Origin: an uncultured Acidobacteriota bacterium
GTDB taxonomy: Bacteria; Acidobacteriota; UBA6911; RPQK01; JAPXNP01
Reading direction: 5' to 3'
Assembly: GCA_963777605.1 (NCBI GenBank)
Contig: CAVZRV010000007.1
Coordinates: forward strand, 448,001 to 512,000
Length of the DNA stretch: 64,000 bases
Position 1 is the first letter of the stretch. Each line of letters begins with the position of its first letter. The position numbers and the translations under genes were made by a program. The notes beneath the pieces were generated by a model. The model saw only the letters and a program-made list of their open reading frames with translations. It did no database searches and was not told the origin of the DNA. Positions 19,196-28,539 of this stretch are shown one piece after another.

Positions 19196-20281
19196 TCACG
19201 ACCTGAGATGCCGGGTGAGAATCGACTCCAGTTCGGAGGTCTCGCGATATTCCTGAATCCCAACGATCTTGCCCGAATCCGGCGCATCTGCAATCGACCC
19301 TGCCGGAGACGACTGCCCGACAATCAGGACCGGGAGCTCGGGGTAAGATTTCAGGAGCGGGCCAAGAAGCTTCTTCCCCTGCCGAACCGAGGACAGGTCA
19401 ACCACCACAAACCGCGCCGACTGAAGCAACGGCTCGAGCAGCTTCAGGCTTTCCGACGGGGCCGACTGGTCGAGTTCCGACACGACCGGAAGCAGTTGCT
19501 GTTTCGAAACTGACCGAGCGATGGCTCGCGCCGCCTCCTGCTGAGCCCCCCTAAACCGCCCCAGGACCAGCACTATTCGGGATGCCACGCAGACCGATGC
19601 ACGAACCGCACGGTTGGTTGCATAGATCTGAAGGCTGACCAACTGGGCAGCTTCGAGATCGTCAACCCAGATCGCAGGTTCCTTACGCGGTGTGATGATC
19701 AGCCGAGACTGGGCAGCCGGTCTCCCCTCCAGTCTCCAGGCCGACAGGCCATGAACCCAACACGAATCAATCCGGGCACCTTCTACACGCGTTCCGATAA
19801 GCGATGCCGCCGTCAGATCAGCCTGGGAGAGATTGACGCCGGTCAGGTTGGCCTCATGGAAGTTGGCGCTCATCAGATGAGCTCCGGTAAGGTCCGCGTT
19901 ACTCAGGTCGGCCCCCATCAGGCTGCTTCCCAGCAAGTTGGCCCCCTTCAGATTGGCCGACTTGAGGCGAGTGCCGAACAGGAAAGCCCCGAAGAAACTG
20001 GCGCCGGCGAGACAGGACTCGTTGAGCGAGGCCCCGAGCAGGTCGGCGAGGATCAGGGTCGCCGATTCGAGGTTGGCGCGATTCAGCGAAGCGTGGCTCA
20101 GTTGCGCCTTGCTGAGGTCGGCCTGACGAAGATCCGCACCGTCGAGAACGGCTCGTTCGAGATCTACGTTCACCAACCTCGCCTCGGTGAGGTCCGGCTT
20201 CACCGAAGGGTTGCGACGCCTCCAGGCATTCCAACCATCCACCCCTTGCAGCAACAGTTCCAGATGTTCCTGATTCGCCAT
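19196..20281 (-). CDS. Pentapeptide repeat protein with C-terminal TIR/NDT-like alpha/beta domain
   Basis: MANQEHL...GVDGWNAWR cap; many A(D/N)Lxx repeats; IVLVLGRF...ARFVVVDLS C-terminal domain. Confidence 0.88.
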   Translation of the reverse strand: MANQEHLELLLQGVDGWNAWRRRNPSVKPDLTEARLVNVDLERAVLDGADLRQADLSKAQLSHASLNRANLESATLILADLLGASLNESCLAGASFFGAFLFGTRLKSANLKGANLLGSSLMGADLSNADLTGAHLMSANFHEANLTGVNLSQADLTAASLIGTRVEGARIDSCWVHGLSAWRLEGRPAAQSRLIITPRKEPAIWVDDLEAAQLVSLQIYATNRAVRASVCVASRIVLVLGRFRGAQQEAARAIARSVSKQQLLPVVSELDQSAPSESLKLLEPLLQSARFVVVDLSSVRQGKKLLGPLLKSYPELPVLIVGQSSPAGSIADAPDSGKIVGIQEYRETSELESILTRHLRS

Positions 20282-20487
20282 AGACCAGCAAGCCGATAGA
20301 CTTCAACACCCATTATGGATCCCGCGAAGATTTCAGGCGAGATTCGCTCGGGCAACTCCCGCAAGCCTCAGTCGAAAGATAGCCGACCTTGCCCATTCGA
20401 TCCCTGCAAACGCAACCCCTTTCCCAACGATCTTCATTGAGCTATAAACAAAATTAACAGAAACCATCGAGATCCAGGAGGAAACGG

Positions 20488-20811
20488 ATGGAAATCACCT
20501 ACGAGGAAGTCAAGAAGAAGACGCTGGCTCAACTGCGCGAAATGGCGGCAAGTATGGATCACCCTGCCCTGCAGGGATACACGCAGCTGCACAAGGCCGA
20601 GTTGATCCCGAAGATCTGCGAAGCACTCGGAATCGAAGCTCACGTCCACCATGAAGTGGTGGGCATCGACAAGGCGGACATCAAGAAGGAGATCCGCAAA
20701 GCAAAAGCTGCGCGGGACAAGGCGCTCGAGGCCAAGAACCAGGAGAAACTCCGGGAAACCCGGGTTCAGATTCACGAACTCAAGCGCCAACTACGTAAGG
20801 CACTGACTTGA
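20488..20811 (+). CDS. Small basic protein with Rho N-terminal-like helical domain and coiled coil
   Basis: KKKTLAQLREMA...GYTQLHKAELI pattern; strong AGGAGG RBS; coding-like codon usage. Confidence 0.8.
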   Translation: MEITYEEVKKKTLAQLREMAASMDHPALQGYTQLHKAELIPKICEALGIEAHVHHEVVGIDKADIKKEIRKAKAARDKALEAKNQEKLRETRVQIHELKRQLRKALT

Positions 20812-20815
20812 CGGA

Positions 20816-22072
20816 TCAGTTTGGCAACGGGGGAACGCTCGTCAACTGAAAGCCCGCGGTCGTCGTCTCCAGCCGGAGTACGACGAGGTAGAAATCTCCG
20901 GATGATTCCGCGACGACGGAACCGGTGAAATTCTGTGGCACGCCCGTGAAGAGTTCATCAAAGAACCTGGACAAGCCACTGCCGCGACTGATTTCCTGAA
21001 CCTTGGAGCCATCCGCGCCGTAGAGCGTCAGGGTTATCGGTGCATCACCCTGGGAAGGCAGTCTTCGCATCGCCAGTCCGGTGTTGACCGCCGCCGATTT
21101 CTCCACTGGAAAGATGAACTTCCGGGCACTTGTTCCGGCGGGGACTCCCGTCGAATCGAGCAGTTCACCTCCGCTCGAAAAATTGAAGAAATAGGAGACT
21201 GCCAACGCGCTCACGTCGGAACCCGAGTCAGGAACGATGACCAACCCGGTTGTGACCGCGTCGGGGCCACCGGTAAATTTGTACTTCCGAGTTTCCCTCG
21301 GGCCGAGGTCGATCGAGGTTCGAAGGTAGTCGAGCGACCCATCGGAAAGGAGAGGCTCTGCCCCGCCTGTCCAGGCTGAGTCCGAAGTGTTGTTCACCAG
21401 CAGGATGACTTCGTAGCCCCCGCCAACCGCCAACTGCGGATAGACGATCACATCGGCCGCTGTCACCTCTCCGACCTCGATCGTGAGGCTGGTGATCTCG
21501 AAACGAACCTCGCCGAACGCCCCGTCCGTCTGAGACTGAAAGATCAGGCGCCCACCAGTCGTTCCATAGGGATCCTCTGAGACGATGTCGAAGTCTCCGA
21601 TATTGAGCGAGAGTGGAAGCGAGTCATCCGTGAAAGTGGCCGCAACGGAATCGAGCATGACCAGATCAATCTGAACCGGGGACAATTCCGAAAGAGCAGG
21701 CCCCGTCACATCCTGGTAGGGGCTGACCACTTCATATGCATCGAACGCGGGTTGACCCGAAATCAGTGGGCGGTCATTCGATACCTCAATCGTGTTGTCG
21801 GACGCGCTGAACTGGTAGTCCCTGACCGACAAGGCCAGGGAAGTGGCAAGGTAGCGCCCGGTGTTCGGGTCCTGGGCGACTGCATCAGCGGCATCCGTGT
21901 TGAAACCGAATGTTCCGGTCACCTGATCTCCGACCTGAACTTCGGAGATTGTCACCGAGTTGGCTCCGGTTGACGTCACTCTCCCGGTAAATCGGCCGAT
22001 TGCGGTCTCGGCACTGAGCCCGGAAATAGCGGCGCAGAATGTCAGTACGGCGACAAACGTCTTTTCCTTCAT
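20816..22072 (-). CDS. Secreted beta-rich protein with conserved C-terminal module
   Basis: Signal peptide; C-terminal ~210 aa homologous by eye to that of 28540-30108. Confidence 0.82.
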   Translation of the reverse strand: MKEKTFVAVLTFCAAISGLSAETAIGRFTGRVTSTGANSVTISEVQVGDQVTGTFGFNTDAADAVAQDPNTGRYLATSLALSVRDYQFSASDNTIEVSNDRPLISGQPAFDAYEVVSPYQDVTGPALSELSPVQIDLVMLDSVAATFTDDSLPLSLNIGDFDIVSEDPYGTTGGRLIFQSQTDGAFGEVRFEITSLTIEVGEVTAADVIVYPQLAVGGGYEVILLVNNTSDSAWTGGAEPLLSDGSLDYLRTSIDLGPRETRKYKFTGGPDAVTTGLVIVPDSGSDVSALAVSYFFNFSSGGELLDSTGVPAGTSARKFIFPVEKSAAVNTGLAMRRLPSQGDAPITLTLYGADGSKVQEISRGSGLSRFFDELFTGVPQNFTGSVVAESSGDFYLVVLRLETTTAGFQLTSVPPLPN

Positions 22073-22297
22073 CCTCTTGTTTCCTCCGACTTGCTAAAAG
22101 GAAGAGGACGCAGAACGGCTCTCCACAAAGCACTCGACCAGACTCGTCCGAGAGACAGGGAATGTGTCCCTGCGTGGCCTGGTAGGGGCGCCCTCACCCC
22201 GAATGGTTTGCCGTTCACCTTACCAGATCATCAAAGCCGGAGGGCAGAAAGCCAAGTGATTGCGGCCCGAAGAGCGCAGCCAGGACCGGTCGCAGTA

Positions 22298-22774
22298 TCA
22301 GGGACCCGCCGTGCGACGAACCTCGGCAGGTTCCCTTGTCGGCACTTCGAGCACGTTGCGGAAGTCGCTCCAGGTGATTCGCTCGCGACGGTGAAGACTG
22401 GAGAAGAGCACGCGGCCCTTGAGGAAGAATTGTATCTCGTCCGGCAACCAAATGTCGCCTTCAACCGGTCGGCGTTGAATTTCTCCAGAGATTTCTCCAA
22501 TCGACCCCACAATGCCCCAGCCGATCTTGACCTTCTCCCTGAGCTGAAAACTCACCCGGGCAACTTCTCCATCTCCGTCAAGTTTGTCGGAGACTCGCAC
22601 CAACCTGGAGGAAAATCGTTCTTCAACCGATTCGGCCCGGTACCGCCGCGCCCGCTCCACGGACCGGGTCAGGATCTCCTTGAGAGAGGGCAAACCCTCG
22701 GCCAGGGAAATCGTCCCCGCTATCCCCCAACCGCAGATCAATAGCGGCAGTGTCTTTCGAAGCAGATTTCTCAT
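22298..22774 (-). CDS. Secreted hypothetical protein (LolA/MucB-like beta-sheet family; possibly internally deleted)
   Basis: Signal peptide; VKIGWGI...DIWLP...KGRVLF...WSDFR C-terminal pattern. Confidence 0.6.
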   Translation of the reverse strand: MRNLLRKTLPLLICGWGIAGTISLAEGLPSLKEILTRSVERARRYRAESVEERFSSRLVRVSDKLDGDGEVARVSFQLREKVKIGWGIVGSIGEISGEIQRRPVEGDIWLPDEIQFFLKGRVLFSSLHRRERITWSDFRNVLEVPTREPAEVRRTAGP

Positions 22775-22980
22775 CCCGTGCGCCCCAGTTGGTCAGCTAA
22801 AGTGATATCTGTAGACAGAGACGCATCCATCGGGAGAAACGGTTCATCAATGAGCGGGTCAGCAACCGAGTTCTTTCTTGCGATTGGATGTGAACCACAC
22901 TTAGTATGGGAGAGTTTTCGGCATCGAACGGCTGTGCCCAAGTAAATCCAATGTCGATTACCGAGCGAGGAGAACCTGAG

Positions 22981-24135
22981 ATGGCCAAGCATATCGGAAT
23001 CCTGACAGCAGGGGGCGACAGCCCGGGGCTAAATGCTGCTATTCGCGGCGTTGGCAAATCCGCCATCGAAGCGTATGGCATGGACGTGATCGGTTTTCGC
23101 GACGGCTTCCGGGGCCTCATGCAGGACCGAATCATGCGGTTGGACGGTGAGCTCCTCTCGGGAATCCTGACGCGCGGAGGAACCATTCTGGGTGCGAGTC
23201 GCGACAAGCCCAATCGCATGCCCGTGGGCAACAAACTGCTCGACATGACCGACGTCATGATCAACACTTACAACAAGCACCACCTCGACGTTCTGGTCTG
23301 CCTCGGCGGAGGTGGGACCCAGAAGAATGCTCTGCTTCTGAAGGAAAAAGGGCTCAACGTCATCACGCTGCCCAAGACGATCGACAACGACGTTGCTCTG
23401 ACCGACATCACATTTGGGTTTGACACGGCACTCGGGATTGCAACCGAAGCGATCGACCGGCTCCACAGCACCGCCCACAGCCATCATCGCATCATCGTGG
23501 TTGAGGTGATGGGACACAAGACGGGATGGCTGGCACTCGGCGCCGGCATAGCCGGCGGAGCAGACGTCATTCTTATCCCGGAGATCCCCTACGATACGGT
23601 CGCCGTCGCCGAAGCTATCCGTCAGCGCAGTCGGCGGGGAAAACAGTTCAGCATCGTGGCCCTCTCGGAGGGTGCGATGTCGATAGACGACCTCTCCGAA
23701 ATGCAGCGCCTGGACGACAAGATGAAGAAGGGGAAGCTGAAGTCGCCCAAGTCGAAAAAAAGTCACGGGAAGGACAAGGAGCACAGCGAGCACGAGCTGG
23801 AGCTGATGCATCTCGAGATGCGCCTTGCCAATCGTACGCTCTCCCTGTCCAAGCGGCTTGAAGAGTTGACTGGCCTGGAAACGCGGGTAACCATCCTCGG
23901 CCACCTGCAGAGGGGCGGTACGCCAAGCGCCGCAGACAGAATCCTGGCCACTCGACTCGGCACTGCCTGCGCCGAGCTGATCCAGGCAGGAGAATACGGC
24001 GTCATGGTCGCAGCCCGGGGCGAAGGGGCCCAGCCCGTACCACTCAGCGAGGTCGCGGGAAAACGCAAAACCGTACCTCTGGACCACCCGTGGATCCAGA
24101 CAGCACGCCGGGTCGGAACCTGCCTCGGCGATTGA
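22981..24135 (+). CDS. pfkA: 6-phosphofructokinase (group III-like)
   Basis: [39 protein letters not shown]. Confidence 0.95.
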   Translation: MAKHIGILTAGGDSPGLNAAIRGVGKSAIEAYGMDVIGFRDGFRGLMQDRIMRLDGELLSGILTRGGTILGASRDKPNRMPVGNKLLDMTDVMINTYNKHHLDVLVCLGGGGTQKNALLLKEKGLNVITLPKTIDNDVALTDITFGFDTALGIATEAIDRLHSTAHSHHRIIVVEVMGHKTGWLALGAGIAGGADVILIPEIPYDTVAVAEAIRQRSRRGKQFSIVALSEGAMSIDDLSEMQRLDDKMKKGKLKSPKSKKSHGKDKEHSEHELELMHLEMRLANRTLSLSKRLEELTGLETRVTILGHLQRGGTPSAADRILATRLGTACAELIQAGEYGVMVAARGEGAQPVPLSEVAGKRKTVPLDHPWIQTARRVGTCLGD

Positions 24136-24150
24136 ATCGAGGAGCCCACG

Positions 24151-25569
24151 ATGAGCGAATCGCAAAACACTACCGGCAAACTTCGCCGCAGGTCTTTCCT
24201 GCTCCAGTCGGGAGCAGCAGTCGGAGGCCTGATGATCGTTCCCCGTTACGTCCTGGGGGGAAAGGGGACGGTTCCACCGAGTGACCGAGTGAATGTTGCG
24301 GTCATCGGAACCGGCGGCCAGGGTATCACCAACAGCAAGGCCCTTTTCGAACACGCTGACTGCAGGATCATCGCGATTGCTGATCCCAATGAAGAGAGCG
24401 ACTACAGCCGCTTCTACTACGGTGGTACGGCGGGCAGGAAACCGGCTCTCGCCCTGATCGAAAGCCACTACGCCAAAGCCGACGCTGCCGCCGGTAAGGG
24501 TCCCCGGTGTCTGCCCTACCTCGATTTCCGCAAGATGCTCGACGAGGTCAAGGAGATCGATGCCGTACTGGTCGCAACCCCCGACCATGTCCACGCGTCC
24601 GCCACGATAACCGCGATGGAACAGGGGAAACACGTCTATTGTGAGAAGCCGCTCGTCCACGACGTCGCGGAAGCCCGTAAGGTGGTCGCTGTCGCCAGGA
24701 GGACTAAGGTCGCAACCCAGATGGGAAACCAGGGACACTCCGGGGACGGCATCCGCCAGACCTGCGAGTGGATTTGGGACGGGGCCATCGGCAAGATTAG
24801 AGAAGTCTACGGGTGGACCGGGGCCAACGGGTGGGCTTCCGGTGGCCGACCCACTGAAACGCCCCCAGTCCCGGCCGGGCTCGACTGGGATCTCTGGCTG
24901 GGCCCCGCCCCCTACCGTCCCTACCACCCGGCCTACGCGCCCTATAACTGGAGAGGCTGGTGGCAGTTCGGCACCGGCGGGATAGGTGACATGGCCTGTC
25001 ACAACCTGGATCCCGCATTCTGGGCTCTGAAACTGGGGCACCCTCTAACCATCGAGGCGATCGATATCGCCAGAAATCCTGAGACCGTCCCGTCTGCATC
25101 AACAGTTCGATATACCTTCCCCGCTCGTGGGGAGTTCCCCTCGGTAAGCGTCACCTGGTACGACGGGGACCGCCTTCCGCCGCGGCCCGAGGGTTTGCCG
25201 GATGACGAGCCTCTTGACGGAAACGGCGTGGTCTTCATCGGGGAAGCTGGAACCATCCTGTGCAAGGGCTGGGGCGGCGCGCCACGGCTGCTGCCCCAGT
25301 CGATGGCCGATTCGTACCAGCCGCCGGCTCCCACCCTGAAGCGCTCGGCGGGGCATCACCGGGATTGGCTGGACGCCTGCAAGGGTGGGCCCGAGCCAAG
25401 CGCAAGCTTCCCTTATTCGGCCCACCTGACCGAGGTCGTGCTGCTCGGAAACGTGGCAGAGAAAGTGCCGGGAAAACTCGAATGGGATGGTGAGGCGATG
25501 CGCTTCAAGAACTCCGAGAGGGCAACCCGCCTGCTTTCCCTCCCACGGAGAAAAGGGTGGGAAATCTGA
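24151..25569 (+). CDS. Gfo/Idh/MocA oxidoreductase, Tat-exported
   Basis: RRRSFL twin-arginine motif; IGTGGQG; VATPDHVH; HVYCEKP; LDWDLWLGPAP. Confidence 0.92.
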   Translation: MSESQNTTGKLRRRSFLLQSGAAVGGLMIVPRYVLGGKGTVPPSDRVNVAVIGTGGQGITNSKALFEHADCRIIAIADPNEESDYSRFYYGGTAGRKPALALIESHYAKADAAAGKGPRCLPYLDFRKMLDEVKEIDAVLVATPDHVHASATITAMEQGKHVYCEKPLVHDVAEARKVVAVARRTKVATQMGNQGHSGDGIRQTCEWIWDGAIGKIREVYGWTGANGWASGGRPTETPPVPAGLDWDLWLGPAPYRPYHPAYAPYNWRGWWQFGTGGIGDMACHNLDPAFWALKLGHPLTIEAIDIARNPETVPSASTVRYTFPARGEFPSVSVTWYDGDRLPPRPEGLPDDEPLDGNGVVFIGEAGTILCKGWGGAPRLLPQSMADSYQPPAPTLKRSAGHHRDWLDACKGGPEPSASFPYSAHLTEVVLLGNVAEKVPGKLEWDGEAMRFKNSERATRLLSLPRRKGWEI

Positions 25570-25627
25570 AGTCAGCCGAACGAGTCCGTTCAGGCCGCTG
25601 ATCATTGTTCCGGCAGGGGAGTTCAGG

Positions 25628-27190
25628 ATGAGATTTCGACGTTTTTGGATGTCATTAGTGCTATTGGTGGCTATCGGGACCGCCCGGGTTGGGGTGGCGG
25701 GAGAACCCAGCGCTGCCCAGCGACAAATTGAAGGTACGCTCCGGTTTCTCGCCGACGATCTGCTCGAGGGCCGCGGTACACCAAGCCGGGGCCTCGACAT
25801 TTCCGGACTCTACCTGTCCGAACACCTGTACGCTTACGGGTGGGAAGGACCGATCAACGGCGGCTACCTGCAGCCCTTCGAAACAGGATCGTTTCTTCCA
25901 TCCCAGGCCAAGTACGACATCAGGATCAACGGGGAGAAATTGAAGAGCGATGAATACTTCTTTCTTCCCTTCTCGCTCGACCCGAGAACAACCCCACTGA
26001 ATTTCCCGATCGTCTTTGCCGGTCACGGAATTTCCGCCCCGGAACGGGGCGTGGATGACTTCGGGAAGATCAACCTGAAGGGGAAGGCCGTCGTCAGCCT
26101 TCAGGGAGCCCCCTGGGAGCTTGATCCGGAAGCTCCCCATTCCTTCGATCGGGTGATCGGCAAGTCCGTTCCTGTCACGGTGCAGGGGGGCAAGTGCCTG
26201 ATCTATGTCAGCGAAGACCTCGTTTCCCGGGATCGGACCAACCCCGGACCTGACGCCGCCTTCATCCGCGAAATGGTCCACGCCCCCTACGCCTTTCTCG
26301 CGGACTCACCCAACGTCGCGACCATGGGGATGGGCCCGGTTCTCGCCATCACCCCCTCCGCCTTCGATCGCGTCCTTTCCGATCCAGCCCAGGGTGACTA
26401 CCAGCATTGGAAAGAATCCCTCTCCAGCGCAGGGTTTTCGGCCCGACAGCTTCCGGCCACCCTTTCAATTTCGGTGCAGGCTGATGTTGAAGTTGCCCCC
26501 GCATCCAACGTCATCGGCATCCGGCGCGGAACGGATCCAGCCCTTCGTAACCAGTGGATCGTGATCAGCGCCCACTACGACCACTTGGGGTTCAAGTCGG
26601 TCCCCAAGGGAGAGGACGGAATCTGGAACGGTGCCGACGACAACGCTTCGGGAACGGCGGCCGTCTTGGAACTGGCTCGTCTGCTCTCCGAGTCTCCGCC
26701 CTTGAAACGAAGCGTTCTGATCCTGTTCACCGCCGGCGAGGACCGGGGAATGCTGGGCTCGGCATATTATGTCAGTCACCCCGTCGTTCCTTTGGACCAG
26801 GTCGTCGCCGACATCAACATCGACATGGTAGGCCGCTCTGACGGCACCCTCACCGCCTACACGGAGGGAGGTCCGGAATTGTTCGAGATGGCGGGTGAAG
26901 CCGGTTCCCGAAACGGACTCCGGGTCACGGCGGACCAGAACCCTTCCTGGCGCGTGCTTTACTTCCTGGACAGCTATCACTTCGCCCGGTTCAACGTCCC
27001 CTTCATCGAACTATTTACCCAGATGCACGCCGACTATCATCAGCCGTCCGACGAGATCCAGTTGATCCACTTTGAGGAGTTGACCCGGATCACTGACATT
27101 GCGTTTGACGTCGTCCAGCGCTTGGGCGACAGTTCCATCAGACCAACCTTTAAGGCGCCGTCCTGGTTCGTCACTCCTGTGTCCGAGTGA
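25628..27190 (+). CDS. M28 family aminopeptidase with PA domain
   Basis: LEGRGTPS, SAHYDHLG, NGADDNASG, AGEDRG.LGS, NIDMVGR, DYHQPSD. Confidence 0.92.
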   Translation: MRFRRFWMSLVLLVAIGTARVGVAGEPSAAQRQIEGTLRFLADDLLEGRGTPSRGLDISGLYLSEHLYAYGWEGPINGGYLQPFETGSFLPSQAKYDIRINGEKLKSDEYFFLPFSLDPRTTPLNFPIVFAGHGISAPERGVDDFGKINLKGKAVVSLQGAPWELDPEAPHSFDRVIGKSVPVTVQGGKCLIYVSEDLVSRDRTNPGPDAAFIREMVHAPYAFLADSPNVATMGMGPVLAITPSAFDRVLSDPAQGDYQHWKESLSSAGFSARQLPATLSISVQADVEVAPASNVIGIRRGTDPALRNQWIVISAHYDHLGFKSVPKGEDGIWNGADDNASGTAAVLELARLLSESPPLKRSVLILFTAGEDRGMLGSAYYVSHPVVPLDQVVADINIDMVGRSDGTLTAYTEGGPELFEMAGEAGSRNGLRVTADQNPSWRVLYFLDSYHFARFNVPFIELFTQMHADYHQPSDEIQLIHFEELTRITDIAFDVVQRLGDSSIRPTFKAPSWFVTPVSE

Positions 27191-27223
27191 CGGACCGAGG
27201 CAGTTCCGCTAAGGGAGGATTCC

Positions 27224-28135
27224 ATGGTTATGACGAGAAGGACGTTCCTGGCAGGAGGGTTGGCCCTTCCGCTGAGTGGGCCCTTGCCGAAAGCCGTTCA
27301 GAAAGACCAACCCGCTGGTGTCGCTGGCCGGACCGGCAATCCGCGAATCCGCATCAGCCTGAATGCTTATTCTTTCAACGATGCCCTGCGCAGCGGCCGG
27401 ATGGCTCTCGACCAGCTCCTCGAGTTTTGCGCGAAGCATGAATTCGACGCGGTTGACCTGACCGGATACTACTTCCAGGGATACCCGAAGGATCCGCCGC
27501 CTCAGGAAATTTCCGATGTGAAGCGAAGAGCGTTCGTTCTCGGCCTCGAAATCAGCGGGACCGGGGTCCGAAACGACTTCACTCTCCCCTTCGGACCAGA
27601 ACTGAATGGCGAGATTAACCTGGTCAGGCGCTGGATTCAGGTATCAAGCCGGCTGGGAGCACCCAACCTCCGAGTCTTTGCCGGGAGAAGGGTGGCCGAC
27701 GAAGCCGAGTGGAGATCCGCGCTCGACCGGGTGGCTGAGTCGATGACCGAATGCATCCCAACGGCCGCCCAAACTGGTGTGATGCTCGCCCTTCAGAACC
27801 ATGCCGAATTCATCCGGAGCAGCCGTCAATTGCAGGAACTTCTCGATCGCGTCGATTCGCCCTGGTTTGGCGTCAACCTGGATATCGGGTCCTTTCCTAC
27901 CCCGGATCCTTACGCAGATATCGCGCAGATTGCCCCCCATGCCGTGGCCTGGCAGATCAAGCAGGAAGTCAACCGAAACGATCGCAAGGAACCGGTGGAC
28001 CTCAAGCAGGTCGCGACAATACTCCGCGAGTCACAGTATCGTGGTTATATTCTTCTCGAGACACTGGGCGAAGGCGACCCCAGAGAGAAAGTCCCCCGAT
28101 TTCTTGCGGAGATCCGTGCGGCTCTCGCAGGTTAG
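27224..28135 (+). CDS. Sugar phosphate isomerase/epimerase (xylose isomerase-like TIM barrel), Tat signal
   Basis: TRRTFL; SLNAYSF; DAVDLTGYYF; LALQNH; NLDIG; YRGYILLE. Confidence 0.88.
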   Translation: MVMTRRTFLAGGLALPLSGPLPKAVQKDQPAGVAGRTGNPRIRISLNAYSFNDALRSGRMALDQLLEFCAKHEFDAVDLTGYYFQGYPKDPPPQEISDVKRRAFVLGLEISGTGVRNDFTLPFGPELNGEINLVRRWIQVSSRLGAPNLRVFAGRRVADEAEWRSALDRVAESMTECIPTAAQTGVMLALQNHAEFIRSSRQLQELLDRVDSPWFGVNLDIGSFPTPDPYADIAQIAPHAVAWQIKQEVNRNDRKEPVDLKQVATILRESQYRGYILLETLGEGDPREKVPRFLAEIRAALAG

Positions 28136-28227
28136 CCCGGCACGATTCTGCGGGGCTCGCCCGGAAACACTCGGGGGGGTGCGCTGTACGGATTCAACCA
28201 ATCGCCAGGGAACAGGAGCGAATCGAT

Positions 28228-28473
28228 ATGAAAGGGGAGAACGATCATAAAAAGCGCCAAAACGCCACCGCGCTTTCCGACGACCAGCGCATGGAGTTGA
28301 CAAATATCGCGATTGAAATTCACGCACTTTGTCGGATTTTTGACCATGCCGCCTGCGATAATGACTCCGCACACGAGGAGGCGAGGCACGTCTACCGGGA
28401 TGTCTCGGCCCTTCTTCGGCCCCTTTGCGGCCGACTCGACCGACTGCGGGAGGATATCGCCGGACACCACTGA
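28228..28473 (+). CDS. Small helical hypothetical protein (81 aa)
   Basis: CAGGAG RBS upstream of ATG; fills the intergenic gap; amphipathic helices. Confidence 0.55.
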   Translation: MKGENDHKKRQNATALSDDQRMELTNIAIEIHALCRIFDHAACDNDSAHEEARHVYRDVSALLRPLCGRLDRLREDIAGHH

Positions 28474-28539
28474 GTTCTGTCCACCTCGGCCTCGACTGAA
28501 CATGTAGCGTTAGGCTGGAGGATTCTATCGGAGCCTGCT

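Noticed and set aside
22150-22215. c-di-GMP-I riboswitch on the minus strand (GGCAAACCATTCG) upstream of the secreted protein gene
   Set aside because: The GAAA tetraloop, the GACGCAAAGC segment and P2 pairing are missing; an Infernal search with the c-di-GMP-I model would be decisive
23029-25041. Long antisense ORFs (670 aa here; also 404-1564, 5309-6718, 16941-18446, 56511-57902)
   Set aside because: They shadow well-supported genes on the opposite strand, as expected in high-GC DNA, and show no motifs
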